A stretch of 64,000 nt of DNA from an uncultured bacterium (GTDB lineage Bacteria > Krumholzibacteriota > Krumholzibacteriia > JACNKJ01), in contig CAVOFT010000001.1 of assembly GCA_963695095.1 (NCBI GenBank), forward strand, positions 2,784,001 to 2,848,000, written 5' to 3'. Made by a program: the position numbers and the translations under genes. The notes under the pieces were generated by a model. It was not told the DNA's origin, ran no database searches, and worked only from the letters and a program-made list of their open reading frames with translations. Shown piece by piece: positions 21,577 through 31,919 of the stretch (its first letter is position 1; every line of letters begins with the position of its first letter).

Positions 21577-22458
21577 ATGAAGACCATCCCCGATCTGGAA
21601 ACCCACCTGCTCGAGCTGATTCGCCGAGCGAGCACCAAGTTGCCGGCGGACGTGACCGGCGCCCTCCGCGCCGGCCAGGCCCGCGAGGCGGCCGGTTCGG
21701 CGGCGGCGACGACGCTCGCCACCATCCTCGAAAACGTGGAGCTGTCCGCCGAGGCCGTCTCCCCGATCTGCCAGGACACGGGCACGCCGGTCTTCTACGT
21801 CAAGCACCCCTGGGACTACCCGGTGCGGCCCATTCGCGAGGCGGCCCTCGCCGCCCTGCGCCGGGCGACCCAGGAGAGCCTGCTGCGCCCCAACGCCGTC
21901 GACAGCGTGACCGGCGCCAACAGCAACGACAACACGGGGGAGGCCTTCCCCGCCTTCTACTTCGAGCAGTGGGAGGAAGCCGACACCGTCCGCTTCGACC
22001 TGCTGCTCAAGGGCGGCGGCAGCGAGAACCAGAGCGCCCAGTACAGCCTCCCCCACGGCGGGCTCAAGGCCGGCCGGGACATGGAGGGCGTCAAGCGCGT
22101 GATCCTCGACGCCGTGGTGAATGCCCAGGGTCAGGGCTGCGGCCCGGCCGTGCTGGGGGTCTGCATCGGCGGCGACCGGGCGACCAGCTACTCGCTGGCC
22201 AAGAAGCAGCACCTGCGCCCCCTCGCTGACAGGAGCCCGGACCCTCTGCTCGCCTCCATGGAGGAAGAAATCACCGAGAAGGCCAATGCCCTCGGCGTGG
22301 GGCCCATGGGCTTCGGCGGCGCCACCACCGTGCTGGCCACCAAGATCACCAAGGCGCACCGCCTGCCGGCCAGCTTCTACGTCTCCATCAGCTACCTCTG
22401 CTGGGCCTCGCGCCAGGCCGGCATGAACGTCCAGGGCGGGAGGGTCGCGCATGATTGA
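21577..22458 (+). CDS. Class I Fe-S fumarate hydratase (fumarate/tartrate family), alpha subunit
   Basis: PICQDTG, LRPNAV, KGGGSEN, QGCGP, GVGPMGFGG, CWA. Confidence 0.9.
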   Translation: MKTIPDLETHLLELIRRASTKLPADVTGALRAGQAREAAGSAAATTLATILENVELSAEAVSPICQDTGTPVFYVKHPWDYPVRPIREAALAALRRATQESLLRPNAVDSVTGANSNDNTGEAFPAFYFEQWEEADTVRFDLLLKGGGSENQSAQYSLPHGGLKAGRDMEGVKRVILDAVVNAQGQGCGPAVLGVCIGGDRATSYSLAKKQHLRPLADRSPDPLLASMEEEITEKANALGVGPMGFGGATTVLATKITKAHRLPASFYVSISYLCWASRQAGMNVQGGRVAHD

Positions 22459-23071
22459 CCTCAGCACCCCCATCAGCGAGGCCGCCATCCGCGCGCTCAA
22501 GGTGGGCGACGTGGTCTCCGTCAGCGGCGTGGCGGTGACCGCCCGCGATGCCGCCCACAAGTACATGGTCGAGCGCTGGATCGACAGCACGCCTTACCCC
22601 GACAGCGAGGACGGCAAGCTGCTGGCCACGCTGAAACCCGTGCTCGCGGGCGGGGTCATCTACCACTGCGGGCCGGTGGTGCGCCAGGACGAGACCGGGA
22701 AGTGGCATTTCGTGGCCGCCGGGCCCACCACCTCGAGCCGCGAGGAGCCCTACGAGCACAAGGTGATCGCCGCCCTCGGGGTGCGCGCGGTGATCGGCAA
22801 GGGCGGCATGGGCGAGAAGACCCTGGCCGCCTGCAAGGAGCATGGGGCCGTCTACCTGCACGCCGTGGGCGGGGCGGCCACGCTGATCGCCCAGCGGGTG
22901 CGGGAGGTCGAGGCCGTCTACAAGACCGAGTTCGGACTGCCCGAGGCCTTCTGGCAGATCCGCATCGAGGACTTCCAGTGCGTGGTGACGATGGACAGCC
23001 ACGGCGAGAGCCTGCACGCCAAGGTGCTGGCCGACAGCCGCGAGCGCTTCAACGAGATCTACGGCCTCTAG
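22451..23071 (+). CDS. Class I Fe-S fumarate hydratase, beta subunit
   Basis: LKVGD, TARDAAHK, IYHCGP, AGPTTSSR, IGKGGM, MDSHG. Confidence 0.92.
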   Translation: MIDLSTPISEAAIRALKVGDVVSVSGVAVTARDAAHKYMVERWIDSTPYPDSEDGKLLATLKPVLAGGVIYHCGPVVRQDETGKWHFVAAGPTTSSREEPYEHKVIAALGVRAVIGKGGMGEKTLAACKEHGAVYLHAVGGAATLIAQRVREVEAVYKTEFGLPEAFWQIRIEDFQCVVTMDSHGESLHAKVLADSRERFNEIYGL

Positions 23072-23090
23072 CGGCGAAGGACGGCGGCGC

Positions 23091-24044
23091 TTGATCTACG
23101 ACACTATCCTCCAGGCCGTGGGCAACACGCCGGTCGTGCGGCTGGGCCGCATCGGCGCGGGCCTGCCGGTCGAGCTCTACGGCAAGTGCGAGTTCCTCAA
23201 CCCGGGCGGCTCGCTGAAGGACCGCATCGCCGTGCGCATGGTGGAGCGGCTCGAGCGCGAGGGCGCGATCGCCCCGGGCGCCACCCTGGTCGAGCCCACC
23301 AGCGGCAACACGGGCATCGGGCTGGCCATGACGGCGGCCGTCAAGGGCTACAAGATGGTGGTCACCATCGCCCAGAAGATCAGCGAGGAGAAGGAGATCA
23401 TCCTCGAGGCCCTGGGCGCCGAGGTCCACCGCGCCGACGACGACAGCGCCCCGCACACGGACCCGCGCAGCCAGTACGGCAAGGCGGCCTGGATCCTCGA
23501 GCAGCGGCCGGGCGCCGTGATGCCCAACCAGTACAAGAACCCCGAGAACGCGGCGAGCCATTACGCCACCACGGGGGCCGAGATCTGGGCCGACTTCGGC
23601 GCCAGCCTGACGGCCATGGTGATCGGGGTGGGCACGGGCGGCAGCATCATGGGCATCTCGCGCTACCTGCGGGAGAAGAACCCGGAAATCCTCATCGTGG
23701 CGGTCGAGCCGGTAGGCTCGCTGCTGGGCGGGGGCACGCAGACGAGCCCCTACCATGTCGAGGGCATCGGCTACGACTGGATCCCGGACATCTTCGACGC
23801 CAAGGTCGCCGACCGCTTCCTCTCGGTGCACGACCGGGACAGCTTTCGCATGGCGCGCCGCCTGATCCGGGAGGAGGGCCTCCTGGTCGGCGGCAGCTCG
23901 GGCACCGTGGCCCAGGCCATGCTGGAGGTGGCGGGGACCCTGCCGCCGGGGTCCAAGATCTGCGGCATCCTGGCCGACGGCATTCGCAACTACCTGCGCA
24001 AGTTCCCCGACGACGCCTGGCTGGCCCGCCGGGATCTGCTCTAG
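23091..24044 (+). CDS. PLP-dependent cysteine synthase family protein, cystathionine beta-synthase-like catalytic core
   Basis: GNTP, NPGGSLKDR (PLP Lys), EPTSGNTG, NQY, GTGG, VEGIG, EEGLLVGGSSG, DGIRNYLRKF; TTG start. Confidence 0.88.
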   Translation: MIYDTILQAVGNTPVVRLGRIGAGLPVELYGKCEFLNPGGSLKDRIAVRMVERLEREGAIAPGATLVEPTSGNTGIGLAMTAAVKGYKMVVTIAQKISEEKEIILEALGAEVHRADDDSAPHTDPRSQYGKAAWILEQRPGAVMPNQYKNPENAASHYATTGAEIWADFGASLTAMVIGVGTGGSIMGISRYLREKNPEILIVAVEPVGSLLGGGTQTSPYHVEGIGYDWIPDIFDAKVADRFLSVHDRDSFRMARRLIREEGLLVGGSSGTVAQAMLEVAGTLPPGSKICGILADGIRNYLRKFPDDAWLARRDLL

Positions 24045-24132
24045 CGCGCGCACCCGCCCCCGGGGGCGTTTGCCACGTGGCAACTCGCGGCCGGCGACCT
24101 GTCAGGTGACAAGTCCAGCCGGCTGATCGCCG

Positions 24133-24151
24133 GCGTAACAGCCGCGTAACG
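24133..24151 (+). promoter_or_regulatory. Direct-repeat operator GCGTAAC-N4-GCGTAAC (copy 1)
   Basis: GCGTAACAGCCGCGTAACG; 11-bp period; 18/19 identical to 59837-59855. Confidence 0.6.
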
Positions 24152-24215
24152 GCCTCCCGGTTCAATGGACGCGACCCGGCCCGCCCTGGGCCAAGCCGTC
24201 CTTGGGAGGAAAGCC

Positions 24216-27081
24216 ATGCCGTCGCGCCATCTCGCCACCGCCTGCCTGCTCGCCCTCACCATCGCCCTCGGGGCCGGCTGCGGCTCGGACTCCACCGGCC
24301 CCGGCACGACCCGAGACCCCGCCACCCTATCCCGAGTCCGGAATCGGGCTGCTGCCCGCAGACAGCACGACCTTCGCCGGGGTTTGGGCCCGCTACGGTG
24401 AATTGCGCGGCGCGCAGAGCGCGGAGGCCGCCCGCGCGGCCCTGCTGGCCGAGCTGGCGAGCTGGCCGAATGTCGCCGACGCTCGCCTGGCCGGCGACGG
24501 CTGCTCCTTCACGCTGGAATTCGACGACGGCGCCATCGCCTTGCTCTTCACTGCCGAAGACGGCCGCGGGCCCGCGCCCCGCGGCGCTGCGCAGCGCGCC
24601 CCGGCGGCGACCCGGCGCGCGGCGAGCCCGCCCCCGGGGGCGGGTCGGAGCGCGCATCCGGCGGCCGCGCGCGAGGCCATCCCCTGCATCTCCTGCGGCA
24701 GCCTGCAGATTCCAAGCACGCACCGCGTGCACATCGTCAGCAGCGTTGAGGGCGCGAGCGCCCGCGCTGCGGCCATCCGCCAGGCCTTCCTGGATCTGGG
24801 CTGGGCGCCCGAGCTCATCGACATGAGCCTGCGCGACGACGCCGGCGCCACGCGCTTCGTGCCCGAGGACCTGCTCGACCAGGAGGCCTACGGGCTCGCG
24901 GTGATCCTGGGCACGGGCGGCGCCTTCGTGGACGGCACCGGGCACGAGGCGTTCGTGCTCGAGGGCTTCCGCGGCGGCGACTTCGCCGACGGCTACGCGG
25001 GCAGCATCGCGCCCGCCGACTGGGCGGACTACGAGGACTGGCTCGCCGCTGAGCAGATGATCATGGGCGCGGCCTGGAGTCCCGGGCTCGCGGCGCCCGA
25101 GTTCGGCGTCTGGATGCGCGCGGAGCTGCTCGCCGGCCAGCTCGAGGTGGCCCCCTGCGAGATGGTGGCCCTGCTCGCCGGCAACTCCCTCGGCCTCGCC
25201 GACCTGCTCACCGACGGCGGCCCCGGCAGCTTCAGCGGCTGGGACGGGCCCGTCGCGCCTGCGGACGCCGATGCCGCCTACGCGGCGCTCATCGAGGCCA
25301 TGCTCGCCGGCGGCGGCGCCACCGACGAGGAGGCGCTCGATGCCTTGCTCGACGAGGGTCTGGGCACGAGCACCGGCCCAGGCGGCAGCGTCTCGCACTT
25401 TCAGGTCGCCGACATCGAGGGCGACTACCTGCTGCCGGGCTGGGGCACGGTGGCCCTGCCCACGGAGGACTTCCCCGCGGGCACCGTGAGCGTCGAGATC
25501 GAGTTCGCCTGGTCGGCCTGCCCCGACTACACGGTGAGCGCCACGGGCACGCCCGGCGGCGAGGTCGAGGTGACGGGCCTCCTGCCCGGCACCGCCCAAG
25601 TCAGCAGCACCGCGCTCGACGGCGCCGGCAACCCCTTCGCCTTCGGCTACGACGAGCAGCCCGTGGCCGCCGGGCCCAATACCTTCGCCGCCCAGACCTG
25701 CCTGGCCGATCTCGATCTCACGATCGGCGTCTACCCGGATGACCCGGACCACGAGACCAGCCGCATCCACGTCGAGATCGACTACCTCCACGGCCCCGAC
25801 ATCGAGTACGACATGGACCCCCAGCAGCCCATCGTGCCCGACGAGCTGGCCCCCGGCGCGGCGATCATCACGACCACGGCCTACAGCGAGCACGACTCCG
25901 TGCGCGGCGTGGACCGCTCCCACGTGTCGCTCCAGTGCAACCAGATGGCCACGGTCGAGCATTGCTACGGCTGGTTGCGCGTCGTGCTGGGCCAGGTGCC
26001 GCCGGGCACGGAGGAGATCCTCGTGCGCAGCGCCACGCCTGACATCGCCGACGTGGTGCCGCTGCTCATGGTGCCGCAGACTGAGGGCACGATGACCGGC
26101 TTCACCACGGGCACCGTGCCGATCATTCGCGCCAGCGCCCACGACGCCCAGGGCGACGAGCTGGGCCACACGGACCTGCCGATCACCATCGACTGCGGCG
26201 AGCAGACGGTCACCGTGGACATCCTCGGCATCGGCATCGCCCTGCGCGCGAGCCCGCCCTTCCCCGTCGCCGACGGGACGAGCGAGGCCAGCTTCACGGC
26301 GACGGTGCGCCACTGGCAGTGGGGCGACATCAACGAACCCTCCGGCGAGACCGTGCCGGACGTGCACGTGGACTTCGAGACCGACCTCGGCACCTGGGTC
26401 GGGCCCGCCGGCGGCTACTCGGACGACGAGGGCGTCGTGACGGCCCGCCTGGTCAGCACCGAGAGCGGCACGGCCACCGTGCGCGCCCACGTCAGCCAGA
26501 CGGGCAGCCAGTCGCAGCCGGCGCAGGTGACCTTCGTCGGCGAGATCAGCGTCTGGGTAGACGGCAGCCCCGCCGCTATCGAGGACACCGGGCTGGGCGG
26601 CACCTTCACGATCTCCTGCGCCCTGCTGCGCTACTACTTCAACGGCAGCCTGCTCGTCGAGCGGCTGATCGGACCCGTGCCCGGAGGGGGCGGCTGGGGC
26701 GCTTACATGCCCGGCTGGGCCGAGCCCGGCGACATCTTCAGCCTGGAGTTCACGCCCCGCGGAGATCTCGAGCACTGCAACGAACCGGAGGCCGGCTATC
26801 ATCCTGCCGTGGGCGCGGTCTGGGTGCACACCGTGCGCGAACCGGACTTCGAGCACCAAGGGGTCTTCCTGCTCTTCGGCGGGGCAAATCCGCTGGGCGG
26901 CTCCGCGGGCGGCTCCGTCACCGTCGAGGAGATCGACTACGGGCTGCTGGGCAAGGGTGGCCCGGCAGGGGCGCCGCGGGCGCGCAGCTGGTTCGAGCCG
27001 GACGGGCGCTACATCGTCGAAATCATGCCGGCCGGCGAGCGCACGCTCGTCTGGCGGCCGTTGACGCGCCGCTACGACTAG
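24216..27081 (+). CDS. Large lipoprotein with invasin-type Ig (Big_1) domain, frameshift near 24310-24325
   Basis: GGAGG RBS; signal peptide with LGAGC lipobox in one frame, body in ORF 24202..27081; VADGTSEASFTATVR...VDFETDLG...GTATVRA Big_1-like segment. Confidence 0.7.
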
Positions 27082-27126
27082 GGCCCGACCAGGCAGGCGG
27101 CACCAAGTCCGGCGGCGGCTCTAGGG

Positions 27127-28170
27127 CTAGGCCATCACCTCGGCGAGGATGGCGAGCGCCCGCTCGATGTCGGCCATCGTCAGGCCGAAGTGCGTGACCA
27201 TGCGCAGGCGGCGACCCTGCTCGCCGAGGAAGTTGAGGCCCCGCTGCCGGCAGCGGATGACCAGCTCGTCGGCCTTGAGGCCCGGCTTGGTGATATCCAG
27301 GTAGACGATGTTCGTGCGCACGCGGGCGGGCTCGGTGGTCAGCCCCGCGATGGCCGCGATGCCCGCGGCCAGGCGCTTGGCCATGGCGTGGTCATCGGCC
27401 AGGCGCTCCACGCGGTGATCGAGGGCGTAGAGGCCGGCCGCGGCGAGCACGCCCACCTGGCGCATGCCGCCGCCCAGCTGCTTGCGCATGCGGTGGCAGC
27501 GCTTGATGAAGGCCTTGTCGCCGCAGACCATGGAGCCCACGGGCGCGCCGAGGCCCTTGGACAGGCAGAAGCTGACCGAGTCGGCGGCGGCGGCGAGGTC
27601 GCGCACGCTGACCCCTTCCGCGAGGGCGGCATTGAAGAGCCGGGCCCCGTCCAGGTGCAGCTTCAGATCGCGCTTCTCGCAGAGGGCGCCCACGGCGTCC
27701 AGGTAGCCCAGGCCGAGCGGGCTGCCCCAGCAACGGTTGTGCGTGTTCTCCAGGCAGACCAGGCGCGTGCGCGGGAAGTGGACGTCGTCGCCGCGGATGG
27801 CGCCCTCGATGCGCTCCAGGTCGAGGGTGCCGTCGGGGTTGTTGGGCACCGTGCGCGGGTGGAGGCCCCCGACCGCCGAGCTGGAGCCGGCCTCGTAGTA
27901 GAAGATGTGCGCCTGGTCGCCCACGATGAACTCGTCGCCCCGCTGGCAGTGGGCGAGCAGGCTGACCAGGTTGGCCATCGAGCCGCTGGGGACGAAGAGG
28001 GCCGCCTCCTTGCCGGTCAGGGCCGCGGCGCGGCGCTCGAGCTTGTCGACCGTGGGATCCTCGCCCCAGACGTCGTCGCCGAGCTCGGCCCTGGCCATGG
28101 CCTCGCGCATGGGTTGATCCGGCAGGGTGAAGGTGTCGCTGCGCAGTTCGATCGTGCCCACGGCTGTCAT
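27127..28170 (-). CDS. ltaE: Low-specificity L-threonine aldolase
   Basis: ELRSDT, GDDVWGEDPT, CLENTHN, HLDGARLFNA, CLSKGLGAPVGS, GGGMRQ. Confidence 0.94.
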   Translation of the reverse strand: MTAVGTIELRSDTFTLPDQPMREAMARAELGDDVWGEDPTVDKLERRAAALTGKEAALFVPSGSMANLVSLLAHCQRGDEFIVGDQAHIFYYEAGSSSAVGGLHPRTVPNNPDGTLDLERIEGAIRGDDVHFPRTRLVCLENTHNRCWGSPLGLGYLDAVGALCEKRDLKLHLDGARLFNAALAEGVSVRDLAAAADSVSFCLSKGLGAPVGSMVCGDKAFIKRCHRMRKQLGGGMRQVGVLAAAGLYALDHRVERLADDHAMAKRLAAGIAAIAGLTTEPARVRTNIVYLDITKPGLKADELVIRCRQRGLNFLGEQGRRLRMVTHFGLTMADIERALAILAEVMA

Positions 28171-28313
28171 TGGGAACCTCCCGCCAGGTGTGGCCGGGCA
28201 GTGTAGACCGCCGGCCGCCGAAAGGAAAGGGCCTGACGCGGCCGCGCGGGCTGCGCTAGACTGGGCCCCAGCCGGCTGCAGCCGGCCGCCAATCCCGCCA
28301 CGGAGGAGCGCCC

Positions 28314-30098
28314 ATGGCCATCGCCCCCCTGTTTGCACTCGCCGCCGCCCTGTGGTCGGGCGGCGACCTCGCGCCGGACAGCCTGCCCGCCGCCCGCGCC
28401 CTGCCCGCGGCCGGTCGCCCCGCCCTGACGGCCGCCCGCGCCATGGTGGCCAGCGCGCATCCCCTGGCCAGCGAGGCGGGCGCGCGCATGCTGGCCGCGG
28501 GCGGCAACGCGGCCGACGCGGCCGTCGCCGTGCAGGCCATGCTCGCCGTGGTCGAGCCCGAGAGCAGCGGGCCGGGCGGCGGCTGCTTCATTCTGCTCCA
28601 CGACATGGCCACGGACAGCCTCTACGCCATCGACGGGCGCGAGGAGAGCCCCGAGTGGGTCTGGCCGCAGATGTTCCTCGATCAATGGGGCGAGCCCTAC
28701 CCCGACGCCATGACCGGCGGCCGGCCGGTGGGCGTGCCGGGCACCCTGGCGGCGATGAGCCTGCTGCACGCGGACTTCGGGCGCCTGCCCCTGGCCGCGC
28801 TGCTCGCGCCGGCCATCGCCGTGGCCGAGACGGGCTTCGCCGTGCCGCCCGACATGGCGCGCGCGATTCGCAGCGAGGCGCCGCGCCTGGCCTTCTCGGA
28901 GGCTGCGGTGGATCTCTACTTCACCGCCGATCGCCGGCCCTACCGCGAGGGCGAGCGCTTTCGCAACCCCGACCTCGCGCGCACGCTGCGGGCCTGGGCG
29001 GCGGACTCCACGGCCGGCTTCTTCTACCGCGGCCAGCTGGCCGAGCTGATGGCGGGCGTCGTCGGCCACAGCGCCGCCCGGCCCGGGCGCCTGCAGCCCG
29101 GCGACCTCGCCAACTACCGGGCGGTCTACCGGCAGCCGATCCGCGGCAGCTTCCGCGGGACGCGGCTCGCGGTCTTCCCGCCGCCCACCTCGGGCGGCAT
29201 CACCCTGCTCGAGATCCTGGGGCTCTACGCCACGCAGCCGCGCCTGACGGGCGACCTGCGCGAGCCCAGCGTGCTGATCCCCCACCTGGACCGCCTCGCC
29301 CGCGCCTCGCGCGTGGCCTATGCCGACCGCGACGCCTGGCTGGGGGACCCCGACTGGAGTCCGCAGCTCCCCATGGCGAGACTCTGCAGCGCCGGCTGGA
29401 TGGCCGCGCGGGCCCCGATCGCCTTCGATCCGGCGGCGGATCTCGCCCTGCCGGCGGCGCCCGGCGAGCTGGAGTCGCACACCACCCACTTCTCGATCGT
29501 GGATGCCGCCGGCAGCATGCTCGCCTGCACGAGCACCATCGAGACCACCTTCGGCAGTGCCATGGTCGTGCCCGGCTGGGGCTTTCCGCTGAACAACGAG
29601 CTGACGGACTTCAACTGGGTGCCGGCGCCGGGCGACACGGCCGCGCCCAACGACATCGAGCCCAGCCGCAAGCCGCGGGCCGGCGCCCTCGATCAGCCCG
29701 CGGGCCGCGGCGGCAAGCGGCCGCGCAGCAGCATGTGCCCGGTGATCGTCTACGGAGCGGACGGCCGGCCGGCGATGGCCCTGGGCTCGCCGGGCGGGGC
29801 GAGGATCATCGGCACCGTGGCGAACGTGCTGCTCGGCGTGCTGGAGTTCGGCCTGCCGCTGCAGGAGGCGGTGGACTTCCCGCGCCTGCACTGCCGCAAC
29901 CGGCCGGTCGAGATCGAGACCTTCGGCTGGAACGCGCAGGCCGTAGGTGATTCCATGGCCGCGCGCGGCTGGCCGCTGGCGCCGCTGGCCGAATGGCCGC
30001 TCTTGCAGGGTGACCTGCACGCCGTGCGCGTGCTGCCCGACGGCCGCCGCGAGGGCGCCTGCGATCCGCGGCATGACGGCGGGGCGGCGGGATACTAG
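28314..30098 (+). CDS. ggt: Gamma-glutamyltransferase
   Basis: GGNAADAAVA, IDGRE, VGVPG, PPPTSGG, HTTHFS (Thr nucleophile), LNNELTDF, RSSM, GSPGG. Confidence 0.92.
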   Translation: MAIAPLFALAAALWSGGDLAPDSLPAARALPAAGRPALTAARAMVASAHPLASEAGARMLAAGGNAADAAVAVQAMLAVVEPESSGPGGGCFILLHDMATDSLYAIDGREESPEWVWPQMFLDQWGEPYPDAMTGGRPVGVPGTLAAMSLLHADFGRLPLAALLAPAIAVAETGFAVPPDMARAIRSEAPRLAFSEAAVDLYFTADRRPYREGERFRNPDLARTLRAWAADSTAGFFYRGQLAELMAGVVGHSAARPGRLQPGDLANYRAVYRQPIRGSFRGTRLAVFPPPTSGGITLLEILGLYATQPRLTGDLREPSVLIPHLDRLARASRVAYADRDAWLGDPDWSPQLPMARLCSAGWMAARAPIAFDPAADLALPAAPGELESHTTHFSIVDAAGSMLACTSTIETTFGSAMVVPGWGFPLNNELTDFNWVPAPGDTAAPNDIEPSRKPRAGALDQPAGRGGKRPRSSMCPVIVYGADGRPAMALGSPGGARIIGTVANVLLGVLEFGLPLQEAVDFPRLHCRNRPVEIETFGWNAQAVGDSMAARGWPLAPLAEWPLLQGDLHAVRVLPDGRREGACDPRHDGGAAGY

Positions 30099-31823
30099 GC
30101 TCTGGGAGCCCCAACCTCGAGCGCGACGCGCGCAAATGCCTCCACATCCACCAGCCCCTGGTCCGTGAGCTTGAGCTTGGGGATCACCGGCAGGGCCATG
30201 AAGCTCAGCGTCATGAAGGGTTCGGGGAACGTGCAACCTAGCCCCCGCGCAGCGGCGGCGAGGCGCTCGAGGCCGGCGGCGGTCTCCGCGATGGGCGCGT
30301 CGCTCATGAGGCCGGCCACCGGCAAGGGCAGCGCGGCGATCACGCCGTCCTCGTCCGCCACCAGCTTGCCGCCGCCCAGCTCGCGCATGGCGGCAAGCGC
30401 AACTTCCATGGCCTTGTCGCTGGCGCCCAGGATGATCAGGTTGTGCGAGTCGTGGGCCACGGTGCTGGCGAGCGCGCCGCGCGCGAGGCCGAAACCCTGA
30501 TGAACCCCAGCCCGACGTTTCCCGTGCCGCGATGGCGCTCCACCACGGCCAGCTTGAGCAGGTCGCGCGCGGGGTCGGCCACCAGGAAGCCGCCGTCGCG
30601 GCGCGGCTCCTCGATGGCCTCGCCGGTGAGAAGCTGGTCGCCCTCGGCCACGATCACGCGAACGCTGCGCGGCCCCGCGGTCGGGAATCGCGAAGGGATG
30701 CCCGGCGAGCGCGCCCAGATTCATGCCGCCCGCTGGCGGCGGCGGCCCGGCAGCGGGCTCCTCGAGCAGCGCGCCGTCTTCGACCACCAGGCGCCCGCCG
30801 TGGAAGACCTGCCGCACCTTGAAGCCGACTAGATCTTCAAGCACAACAAAGTCCGCCCGCCGGCCGGGCGCGATGGCCCCCCGGTCGGCGAGGCCGAAGT
30901 GCTCGGCGGCATTGAGCGTGGCCATCTGGAGGGCCGTCATGGCGTCGAGGCCCTCGGCCACGCAGCGGCGCAGCAAGTGATCCACGTGACCTTCGTGCAG
31001 CAGGTCCGCCGGCGTGCGGTCATCGCTGCAGAGCAGCCACTGGCGCGCATTGGCCGGCGTCACGCCGCGGACCAGCGCGGCGAGATTGCGCGCGCTCGAG
31101 CCTTCGCGGATCATCACGCGCATGCCGAGGGCGAGCTTGGCTTCCGCTTCCTCGCGCGTGGTGCACTCGTGGTCGGTCTGGATGCCGGCGGCGGCATAGG
31201 CCGCCAGATCGCGGCCGGCGAGTCCGGGCGCGTGGCCATCGATGGGCCGCGCGCCAGCGGCAGCGAGCTTGGCCAGCACCGCGGGGTCGCGGTGGATGAC
31301 ACCGGGGAAGTTCATCATCTCGGCCAGACCCAAGCACACCGGGTTCGGCGAGCAGGGCGGCAATGTCCTCGGGGCTGAGCGCGGCGCCCGCGGTCTCCAG
31401 ATGGGTGGCAGGCACGCAGCTGGGCGCCATGATCTCGATGGAAAGCGGCAGCCCGCGCGCGGCCTCCAGCATCCAGCGCACGCCGGCCGCGCCATGCACG
31501 TTGGCGATCTCGTGCGGGTCGGCCACCACCGTGCCGGTCCCCCGCGGCACCACCGCGCGCGCGAACTGGCGTGGCGTGGCCATGCTGCTCTCGATGTGGA
31601 TGTGCGCGTCGATGAAGGCCGGCGCGAGGTAGGCCCCGTGCAGGTCGATCGTGCTGCGTCCGGCGTAGCCACTCCCCAGCGCGGCGACTTCACCGCCCAC
31701 CACCGCCACCTCGCACTCCATTATAGTGCCTGTGTGCACGCTCACCACGCGCCCGCCCCTGAGGACGAGATCCGCCGGCTCGTCACCGCGGGCAACTGCA
31801 ATGCGCCGAGCGAGTTGCTCCAT
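30095..31823 (-). CDS. ade: Adenine deaminase, frameshifts near 31340, 30660 and 30495
   Basis: DAHIHIESS, DPHEIANV, EMMNFPG, DGHAP, DHEC, REGS, VVERH, VAHDSHN, LPVIPKLK spread over several frames. Confidence 0.88.
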
Positions 31824-31919
31824 GCTTTCCCCTTCCAAAACGGGACGCGCCTGGCTAGAATTCGGCCGACGCGGCGCCGTCAGGCTACTCCTCCCCAGCC
31901 CCGAGGTCAAAGGCCAGGC

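Noticed and set aside
30095..31823. Adenine deaminase as a true pseudogene or programmed frameshift
   Set aside because: Catalytic motifs are intact and no slippery site is evident; the indel pattern matches window-wide sequencing error.
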